A stretch of DNA of 54,845 nt from a bacterium (lineage in GTDB: Bacteria; Electryoneota; AABM5-125-24; Hatepunaeales; Hatepunaeaceae): contig JALGVR010000007.1 in the NCBI GenBank assembly GCA_025774605.1, forward strand, positions 1 through 54,845, given 5' to 3'. Of the stretch, positions 48,051 to 54,845 are shown piece by piece; within the stretch, counting starts at the first letter, position 1, and each line of letters starts with the position of its first letter. Below the pieces are notes generated by a model. The model was not told the origin of the DNA. It saw only the letters and a program-made list of their open reading frames with translations, and made no database searches. The position numbers and the translations under genes are program-made.

Positions 48051-48624
48051 TTTTACTTCCGGTTAGTTTCTGCTCGAATCATTAAACAGGTAATATACGG
48101 TTAAACGGGTTTATTTCCAAAGGGAATGAGAGAGGGGGATTGAAATCGGTTTCTTTATGAAAACTGGCGGGGGGCCCGTACAGCCTGCTGGACGGGTTTA
48201 TTCTATGTGAGTCTGAGAGTGTAAAAAAAGAGGATCCAGTCTGAGTTACTGTTCCTATGAATCGGGGCATGACGGGTCTCCTGGTTGTACAAGATCAGTC
48301 CAAGAATTCACATGATAAATTACAAATTATCAAAGGAGGATACTGCAATTTATGCGATGCATATTCTGTCACAAGCGCCGTAAATCACAAATACAGTATT
48401 TTCCATCATTTACATGGTATTCGATCCGGTCGCTATTGCCCGCGAGTATGTGGCGGCGGCGGCCGACTTGCGCGTTGCCGATCAGTTCAAGCACACCGGG
48501 TTCTGTGAAATTCTCCTTCCATGCCCGTGCAAGCCATAGTCACACTTCCATCTTTCGTCGTCATTTCGTACTCCGCCCGACATTGTCGCATCTGGATTTG
48601 ACGTACTTTTCATTACAAACCTCT

Positions 48625-48715
48625 CTGGATCCCCGATCAAGTCGGGGATGACATGCTGGCGTTCGGGGATGACATGCTGGTGCTCGGGGATGACATACTG
48701 GCGTTCGGGGATGAC
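48625..48715. repeat. Reversed REP followed by three 21-bp truncated units
   Basis: CTGGATCCCCGATCAAGTCGGGGATGAC, then ATRCTGGYGYTCGGGGATGAC x3. Confidence 0.9.
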
Positions 48716-48755
48716 TCGGCGATAGTTTCTGAATAAATCAAAGGACTCATACTAC

Positions 48756-48784
48756 TTGACTTTATACGATACGGTAATTAAATT
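48756..48784 (+). promoter_or_regulatory. Putative sigma70 promoter for tRNA-Ala/ffs/dnaX
   Basis: TTGACT-17 bp-TAAATT. Confidence 0.4.
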
Positions 48785-48859
48785 GTTCAGTTCTGAAACA
48801 TTTGTTCGCAGAATGTCTGATATACAGTAAGCGCCATATTATCAATAATATATAGATTC

Positions 48860-48932
48860 GGGGCTGTAGCTCAGCTGGGAGAGCGGTACGTTCGCAACGT
48901 ACAGGTCGGCGGTTCGAGCCCGCTCAGCTCCA
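48860..48932 (+). tRNA. tRNA-Ala (CGC), CCA not encoded
   Basis: Acceptor stem GGGGCTG/CAGCTCC, D arm, anticodon stem GTACG/CGTAC with loop TTCGCAA, T loop GGTTCGAGCC. Confidence 0.95.
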
Positions 48933-48950
48933 CTGATCCTTTGAACATAT

Positions 48951-49230
48951 TTTCGGCTGTGCTAGACGGGGAGTTAGCGGTGCCCTGAACCCGCAATCCG
49001 CTACAGCGGGGTCGAAAGCCCACTGTGAGGTCTTCCCTCCCCTCTCAGACATCCGTTTGGACAGCGTTAAAGGTTTGGTCCCGCGCAGCGGACGCGCGTT
49101 GAACCCCGTCAGGACCGGAAGGTAGCAGCGGCAGGCGTTGCGTGCGGGTGCCGCGGGGTAGCCGGGCATCAGTTGTCCGACGGTAATGGATGCGGGGCGC
49201 GAGGCGATCGAAAGTGGGGCACAGCCGAAA
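48951..49230 (+). ncRNA. ffs: Signal recognition particle RNA, large (Alu-domain, Bacillus scRNA-like) form
   Basis: Terminal helix TTTCGGCTGTGC/GCACAGCCGAAA; Alu-like GGGGAGTTAGCGGTGCCCTGAACCCGCAATCCGCT; helix-8 TCAGGACCGGAAGGTAGCAGC; conserved position before dnaX. Confidence 0.92.
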
Positions 49231-49254
49231 AGTCAAATCCAATCACAGAACGTT

Positions 49255-50964
49255 ATGTCCTATCTTGTACTGGCTCGCCGCTGGCGTCCGCTTCGCTTCT
49301 CCGAAGTCGTCGGGCAGCCGCATGTTGTCCGGACGCTGCTTAACAGTATCGGCAAGGGTCGTATCGCCCACGCCTACCTGTTCAGCGGTCCGCGCGGCGT
49401 GGGAAAGACAACCACCGCACGGCTGCTCGCCCGCGCCCTCAACTGTCAGAATCCCGACGATTCCGAGCCCTGCGGCAAGTGTCCTTCCTGCGCGGCGATC
49501 AGCGATGACCGCTTTATCGACGTGATCGAGATCGACGCCGCGTCAAACCGCGGCATAGATGATATTCGGCAACTCCGCGACGGTGTCAGGTATGCGCCGA
49601 TTGAGGGCAAAGTCAAGACCTATATCATCGATGAAGTACACATGTTGACTGAACCGGCATTCAACGCACTCCTCAAAACCCTCGAAGAGCCCCCGGAGCA
49701 CGCGTATTTCTGCCTGGCGACAACCGATCCCCAGAAGGTACCGGCGACGATCCTCTCCCGCTGCCAGCGCTTCGACTTCCGACGGATATCTGTCGCCGAC
49801 ATCCGCGATCACCTTGAGAAGATCTGCCGGGCGGAGGATATCGAATACGAGCTCGACGCACTCGACCACGTGGCGCGCAAGGCGGACGGCTCGGTGCGCG
49901 ATTCGCTGAGCCTGCTTGACCAGGTCATCGCCTTCTCGCGCGGAAAGGTGTTGCGCGCTGATGTGGATGAGGTCCTCGGCGAGGTCAGGCTCGATCTTTA
50001 CTTCAAAGCGGTAGGGCTCGTCAACAGCAGATCCATGGCCGAGGCGTTCAAGCTGGATGAAGAACTGGCGGCGGCAGGAACGGATCCGCAGGACTTCATT
50101 CTCGGCTTGGAGTCACACCTGGTCCAGATACTGCAGGTCAAGTCGGTGGGGGTGGAGAATGTCGACGTACCGCCGGATGCCGTGAAGGATTTCAAGGGCG
50201 CGGCACAGCAGTTCACGGAAGCCGACCTCATTCGTCTCATCCAGTTCTGCTCTACCGCGGAGGTTGACATACGCCGCAAGTTCAACCCGCGCACGCGGCT
50301 GCAGCTGCTGTTGTTGAGATTCGCCGCCATGGAAAACAGCGTTATGCTGGCGGATTTAATCGACCGGATCGAGAACGTGGCAGCCGGTAAACCGGATGAT
50401 GTTCACAGGGCGGCCGGAAGCGTTGCCCGTCCCGAGGTTGCTGAAACTCCAACGCAGCCCGTCCCCGGCCGCGTTGACGGGAAGAAGTCCGATGCACATG
50501 TTGCCGACAAGCCGCAACAGATCAGCCTGAACAATGCGCACTCTGATAATGCCGCCGATTCAGCGCCGGTATCCGAGGAGACCCAGTCCGGCAAGGCAGC
50601 GAAGAAAAAAATCGTCCCGATCCCGGATAATCCTCTCGAGGTCGCCCAGAACGCCTGGGACGAGATCTGTGACAGGATCGCACTCAAACACAATTCCAGC
50701 AGTAAACTTATGAAATTCGACGGGTATCCGGTCGGATATGAAAACGGTTATCTGAAGATCCGGTTCACCAGCAGGTATCACATGGATAACGCCCGCAGCC
50801 GCAAGCAGGCGCTCCAGCGTGAGCTGGCATCGTTTGTGGGTAATGTCAACCTGAATTTTGAAGTCGGGGAGCTCCCGGCGAGGAAGGTTGCAGGCGACAA
50901 ACAAGAGGACGATCCCGCCCTCAGGCTGTTGATGGATCGATTCAACGCTCACCCGCAGGAATAA
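49255..50964 (+). CDS. dnaX: DNA polymerase III subunit gamma/tau
   Basis: Start moved to ATG 49255 (MSYLVLARRWRP); GPRGVGKTT, Zn motif, EIDAASNRG, IIDEVHML, SRCQRFDF. Confidence 0.97.
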   Translation: MSYLVLARRWRPLRFSEVVGQPHVVRTLLNSIGKGRIAHAYLFSGPRGVGKTTTARLLARALNCQNPDDSEPCGKCPSCAAISDDRFIDVIEIDAASNRGIDDIRQLRDGVRYAPIEGKVKTYIIDEVHMLTEPAFNALLKTLEEPPEHAYFCLATTDPQKVPATILSRCQRFDFRRISVADIRDHLEKICRAEDIEYELDALDHVARKADGSVRDSLSLLDQVIAFSRGKVLRADVDEVLGEVRLDLYFKAVGLVNSRSMAEAFKLDEELAAAGTDPQDFILGLESHLVQILQVKSVGVENVDVPPDAVKDFKGAAQQFTEADLIRLIQFCSTAEVDIRRKFNPRTRLQLLLLRFAAMENSVMLADLIDRIENVAAGKPDDVHRAAGSVARPEVAETPTQPVPGRVDGKKSDAHVADKPQQISLNNAHSDNAADSAPVSEETQSGKAAKKKIVPIPDNPLEVAQNAWDEICDRIALKHNSSSKLMKFDGYPVGYENGYLKIRFTSRYHMDNARSRKQALQRELASFVGNVNLNFEVGELPARKVAGDKQEDDPALRLLMDRFNAHPQE

Positions 50965-51056
50965 TCCATCGGTTCCGGGGCGTCAGAACATCCATCTTGT
51001 CTGCTGACGCCGGACGAAAATAACAACAGGCAATTCAAATAGTTTCAGGAGAGATC

Positions 51057-51410
51057 ATGAAGGGACCCAGACCGCCGAAAGGTCAGATGGGGAAATTGTT
51101 CAAACAGGCGCAGAGGATGCAGTCTGAGATGGCGCGGGTTCAGGAGGAGATTGCCCGGATGGAGGTTGAAGCCTCCGCCGGCGGCGGCGCGGTTACAGCT
51201 CGCGTCAACGGTCAGATGGAATTGCTCTCCATTAAGTTCGATCCGGATATCGTCGATCCCGAGGATGTCGAAACACTGGAGGATCTGGTCATCGTCGCCG
51301 TTAACAAGGCTATCGAGGAGGTTCGAGCCAAATCCGACGAGCAGATGGCTGAACTGACCGGCGGCATGGGTGCAATGAGCGGAATGGGCATGCCGAAGAT
51401 GCCCTTTTGA
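51057..51410 (+). CDS. ybaB: YbaB/EbfC nucleoid-associated protein
   Basis: KQAQRMQ, SAGGGAVT, DVETLEDLVIVAVN; follows dnaX. Confidence 0.93.
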   Translation: MKGPRPPKGQMGKLFKQAQRMQSEMARVQEEIARMEVEASAGGGAVTARVNGQMELLSIKFDPDIVDPEDVETLEDLVIVAVNKAIEEVRAKSDEQMAELTGGMGAMSGMGMPKMPF

Positions 51411-51455
51411 TCCATCTCGTGAAAGCCGTGACAAGCCAGTAAACCTGAATGACCG

Positions 51456-52220
51456 GTGATAATCCTCGTACTCTCAGTAATAACGATCGCTCTCTCGTCC
51501 GTCGAAGCGCAGGACTTCGGCGAACGCCCGCTGCAGAAGCTGATCGACTGCCCTTCGGCGGGATGCCCGGAGTCCGGGGTTTATGATTTCGAGCTGCGCG
51601 CCTTCCCCGGCGGCGGTGTGCTTGTCGGCTTTTCAGTGGGCTTGCTGGGGCGTTTCGGCGTGGGATTGTATTACGGGGGAACCGGCATAATCGGTTTCGA
51701 CAGACCGGATTGGAACCCCCAGCCGGGGGTGACGGCGATGTGCCGGCTGATAGACGAAAACCTGCTGCTGCCGGCCCTGAGTATCGGTTTCAATAACCAG
51801 GGATACGGCGCCTGGATGGATTCCGCCGAAAGGTACCAGTTCAAAGCCAAAGGATTTTACGCGGTACTGGGCAAGGTCTTCAGGATCGGCGTAGTCGGTG
51901 AGATCGGCTGGCATCTCGGCGTCAACATGAACCCGATAGAGGAAGACAATAAAAAGCCGGACTTCTTCTGCGGCGCCGACTATCACCTGGTCAGGCAGAT
52001 AGCGCTGATAGCCGAATATTCAGCCGCACTGGACGACCGGCAGGTATCATCACTGGGCGAGGGAAAGGGCTATCTCAACCTTGGCGTCAGGTGGACGTTT
52101 GCGGAAAGGCTGGCGCTGGACCTGCATCTGAAGGATGTAATCATCAACCAGGATACCGATCTCCGCGGCGGCGGCGGTGTCGGCAGGGAGATCCGAATCA
52201 GTTACGTGGAGAAGCTGTAA
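51456..52220 (+). CDS. Exported beta-barrel-like hypothetical protein (YjbH-like)
   Basis: Signal peptide, LIDCPSAG, amphipathic beta-strands, GYLNLGVRW. Confidence 0.6.
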   Translation: MIILVLSVITIALSSVEAQDFGERPLQKLIDCPSAGCPESGVYDFELRAFPGGGVLVGFSVGLLGRFGVGLYYGGTGIIGFDRPDWNPQPGVTAMCRLIDENLLLPALSIGFNNQGYGAWMDSAERYQFKAKGFYAVLGKVFRIGVVGEIGWHLGVNMNPIEEDNKKPDFFCGADYHLVRQIALIAEYSAALDDRQVSSLGEGKGYLNLGVRWTFAERLALDLHLKDVIINQDTDLRGGGGVGREIRISYVEKL

Positions 52221-52223
52221 ACA

Positions 52224-53111
52224 GTGATTGACCTGGACATCAAACCGGCTCAATTCCATCGCCGGACCATACGCATCCTGACCGCCCGGGATCAAAAGCT
52301 GACCTTGGGAAGGCGCACGCTGATCATGGGTGTAATCAACGTAACGCCCGATTCGTTCTCGGACGGCGGAGAGGCATTCGGTCTGAACGCCGCGGTGAAA
52401 AGAGGATTGAAATTCGCCGATGAAGGTGCGGACATCCTTGATGTCGGCGGCGAATCGACCCGACCCGGCAGCGAACCGGTATCTCTCGATGAAGAGCTCG
52501 CGCGCGTCATGCCGGTGATTGAAGCTCTCGCGGGAAAGACCGACACTCCGATCTCCATCGACACATATAAATCAGAGGTTGCGCGGGAGGCGCTGAACGC
52601 CGGAGCGCGCCTGGTCAATGACATCAGCGGCGGAAATTTCGATCCTGAAATGCCCGGTGTCGTGGCTGAAACAGGCGCGGCGGCGGTGTTGATGCACATC
52701 AAGGGTACGCCGCGTGATATGCAGAGAGATCCTTCATACGATGATCTGATCGGTGAAATAAAGTCCTATCTGATGGATGCCGTCAACAGGTTCAAGAAGG
52801 CGGGCGTCCGGGCTGAACGTATCCTCGTCGACCCGGGCATCGGATTCGGCAAGCGGCTGGAGCACAACCTTGAGCTGATCCGCCGGCTGTATGAATTTCA
52901 GGGCATCGCCGCCGGGGTGCTGTTCGGCCCATCCCGTAAATCGTTCATCGGCATGCTGACCGACCGACCGGTGCAGGACAGGCTGGCGGGAACGATCGCA
53001 TCGGTAACCGTCGGCGTCCAGTGCGGCGCAGACATCGTTCGGGTTCATGACGTGAGACCGGTCGCCGACGCCCTGAAGGTGATTGATGAACTTGCCGGCG
53101 GTCGTGACTGA
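52224..53111 (+). CDS. folP: Dihydropteroate synthase
   Basis: MGVINVTPDSFSDGG, DVGGESTRPG, SIDTYK, DPGIGFGK, SRKSFIG, VRVHDV. Confidence 0.97.
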   Translation: MIDLDIKPAQFHRRTIRILTARDQKLTLGRRTLIMGVINVTPDSFSDGGEAFGLNAAVKRGLKFADEGADILDVGGESTRPGSEPVSLDEELARVMPVIEALAGKTDTPISIDTYKSEVAREALNAGARLVNDISGGNFDPEMPGVVAETGAAAVLMHIKGTPRDMQRDPSYDDLIGEIKSYLMDAVNRFKKAGVRAERILVDPGIGFGKRLEHNLELIRRLYEFQGIAAGVLFGPSRKSFIGMLTDRPVQDRLAGTIASVTVGVQCGADIVRVHDVRPVADALKVIDELAGGRD

Positions 53112-53567
53112 ATGGAGAAAATGGTCAACGGGAAGATAATCGTCCGCGATTTGAGTCTGTCACATCTTGAGGAGGTTACGGCGATCGAAGAGCGGAGTTT
53201 TCCAAATCCCTGGCCCGCCTACTGGTTCATTTCGACGATACGGGCCGACGTCCTGACCTGGGGCGCCTTCTCGGGCAGGAAACTGATCGGATATCTCATC
53301 GCCATTCCGGGCAAGGATATGATCCACCTGGCAAACATCGCCATTGACAATCCTTACCGGCGACAAGGGATCGCCCGGTTGCTGATGAAGCGTCTTTACG
53401 TATACGCCCGTCGTCATCACCAGTCGCGGATTACACTCGAGGTGCGGCGGTCGAACCGATCAGCCATCGCCCTCTACGAGAGGGAGGGATTCGCCCAGGT
53501 AGCGGTCGAGCAGGGCTATTACCGGGGGGAGGAGGATGCGCTGATTTTCAACCTGGAATTGAGGTAG
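53112..53567 (+). CDS. rimI: Ribosomal protein S18 alanine N-acetyltransferase (GNAT)
   Basis: IEERSFPNPW, HLANIAI, RRQGIA, TLEVRRSN, GYY...EDA. Confidence 0.88.
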   Translation: MEKMVNGKIIVRDLSLSHLEEVTAIEERSFPNPWPAYWFISTIRADVLTWGAFSGRKLIGYLIAIPGKDMIHLANIAIDNPYRRQGIARLLMKRLYVYARRHHQSRITLEVRRSNRSAIALYEREGFAQVAVEQGYYRGEEDALIFNLELR

Positions 53568-53569
53568 AT

Positions 53570-54430
53570 ATGGTACCCTGGTTTAAGCGGGACAAGGATA
53601 AACTCAGTTCACAATCCAGGCGGAACATCCCCGACGGCGTCTGGGTTTTATGCCCGGTATGCCAGGTTTCGCTTTATCATAAAGAGTTGGAGCGTAACCT
53701 GGACGTCTGCCCCAAGTGCGGACATCACTTCAGGTTCCCGTCGGCGAAATACATCGATCTGCTCCTCGACGAGGGCGACCATCGGGAATATGATGCCGGT
53801 TTAAGATCAGCGGACCCGCTGAAGTTCAAGGATACTTCAGCCTATACCGACCGCCTGGCGAAGAACACGAAGAAGTCCGGCTTGACGGACGCGATCAGGT
53901 GCGTGAGCGGCGAATTGGACGAGCGACCCGTGCAGCTTGCAGTCATGGATTTCGCCTTCATGGGCGGCAGCGTCGGATCCGTTGTCGGCGAGAAGCTCTG
54001 TCGGGCGGTAATGCGCGCTGTGGAAAACCGCTGTCCGCTGATCGTGATATCCTGTTCCGGAGGAATGCGGATGCAGGAGGGAATCCTCTCGCTGATGCAG
54101 ATGGCGAAGGTTTCGGCGGCGCTGGTCAGACTGTCGAACCTGCCGCAGCCGTTCATTTCGATCATGACCAACCCGACCACCGGCGGCACTACGGCATCCT
54201 ACGCGATGTCCGGCGACGTCAACATCTCTGAACCGGGCGCGCTGATCGGTTTCGCCGGACCGCGCGTCATCAAGCAGACCATCGGCGAAGACCTGCCCAA
54301 GGGGTTCCAGAGCGCGGAGTTCGTCCAGGAGCACGGCTTCCTGGATTTGATAGTGGCTCGCTCGGAGCTGAAGGGAAAGGTATCGAGCCTACTTGGACTG
54401 CTTCAGGGGGAAGCGGTCAAACCCGGATGA
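53570..54430 (+). CDS. accD: Acetyl-CoA carboxylase carboxyltransferase beta subunit
   Basis: CxxC-x15-CxxC finger, FMGGSVG, SGGMRMQEG, PTTGGTTAS, GFAGPRVI. Confidence 0.96.
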   Translation: MVPWFKRDKDKLSSQSRRNIPDGVWVLCPVCQVSLYHKELERNLDVCPKCGHHFRFPSAKYIDLLLDEGDHREYDAGLRSADPLKFKDTSAYTDRLAKNTKKSGLTDAIRCVSGELDERPVQLAVMDFAFMGGSVGSVVGEKLCRAVMRAVENRCPLIVISCSGGMRMQEGILSLMQMAKVSAALVRLSNLPQPFISIMTNPTTGGTTASYAMSGDVNISEPGALIGFAGPRVIKQTIGEDLPKGFQSAEFVQEHGFLDLIVARSELKGKVSSLLGLLQGEAVKPG

Positions 54431-54514
54431 GAAAGCAAGAGGGACCAAGGGATATTTATTGACGGAATTATCTTATAACTATACTCAGGTTTCGCAGTTA
54501 TGTAAATCAGACGC

Positions 54515-54641
54515 GGATTGTCATTTCCGCCACGGATTGTCATCCCCGCGAAGGATTGTCATCCCCGCGAAGGATTGTCATCCCCGCGAAAGATTGTCAT
54601 CCCCGCCACGGATTGTCATCCCCGCGAAGGCGGGGATCCAG
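54515..54641. repeat. Five 19-bp truncated units followed by one complete REP
   Basis: GGATTGTCATCCCCGCGAA-like units at 54515, 54534, 54553, 54572, 54591; full GTCATCCCCGCGAAGGCGGGGATCCAG within 54610-54641. Confidence 0.92.
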
Positions 54642-54780
54642 AATAAAGTTTAATTCTCATCATTCCAGGTAATTACGAGCTTCCCGATCTACGTTTGCTC
54701 TTTCAAGTAAATATTGCAACTGGGTGTCATTTCGTCAATAGATGTCCTCACCGGTGTAGAGATCAGGAAGAACTCTCAAT

Positions 54781-54845
54781 CTGGATTCTTGCCTTCGCAG
54801 GAATGACAGGCCTTCGCAGTAATGACAGTACTTCGCAGGAATGAC
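54781..54845. repeat. Reversed REP followed by 19-bp truncated units (runs off the window)
   Basis: CTGGATTCTTGCCTTCGCAGGAATGAC, then AGGCCTTCGCAGTAATGAC and AGTACTTCGCAGGAATGAC. Confidence 0.88.

Noticed and set aside
48257-48651. Small ORFs upstream of the tRNA (one with an AGGAGG RBS and an MRCIFC start)
   Set aside because: No recognisable domain, conflicting frames, and the ORF runs into a REP; possibly a decayed gene but unsupported
48860-48932. tRNA-targeted integrative element
   Set aside because: No integrase and no duplicated tRNA 3' end was seen in the window
49186-49254. N-terminal extension of DnaX in the ORF track
   Set aside because: Overlaps the SRP RNA terminal helix; the conserved N-terminus begins at 49255
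50601-50613. Programmed frameshift or slippage in dnaX at an A7 run
   Set aside because: Not a canonical A_AAA_AAG site in frame, the run is short, and no clear stimulatory hairpin was identified

Overview
A 54.8 kb, mostly GC-rich chromosomal segment of a diderm, probably anaerobic and proteolytic bacterium. The lineage is not determinable here; C-terminal sorting-like domains on secreted proteases suggest an FCB-related group (inference). Left half: secreted M36-like metallopeptidase, buk-iorA-SDR-iorB, an orphan peptide-binding protein with an extra inserted domain, and a tldE/tldD pair split by an AT-rich two-gene island (membrane Zn-ribbon protein plus an Apea-like HEPN protein, candidate anti-phage module). 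These are followed by gltP, an outer-membrane barrel, an aldo/keto reductase, a second tldD/tldE pair and an EamA transporter. 28.7-41.8 kb: a minus-strand 13-gene Wzm/Wzt surface-glycan locus with two NeuA/NeuB sets, NeuC, a PtmF/PtmA-like redox pair, a sulfotransferase, a KdsC-like phosphatase fused to GmhA, and one HP-motif GT-B transferase. This suggests an unusual, possibly undescribed ulosonic acid pathway. Right end: hybrid PAS kinase, secreted S8 protease, tRNA-Ala(CGC), large Alu-type SRP RNA, dnaX-ybaB, folP-rimI-accD. Intergenic DNA is dense with several REP-like palindrome families that repeatedly show tandem duplications on their outer (GTCAT) end. There is also a 175-bp MITE with 16-bp TIRs and a 4-bp target duplication. 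At least two genes appear to need non-canonical ATC/ATA starts. No cas genes, transposase or integrase were recognised.
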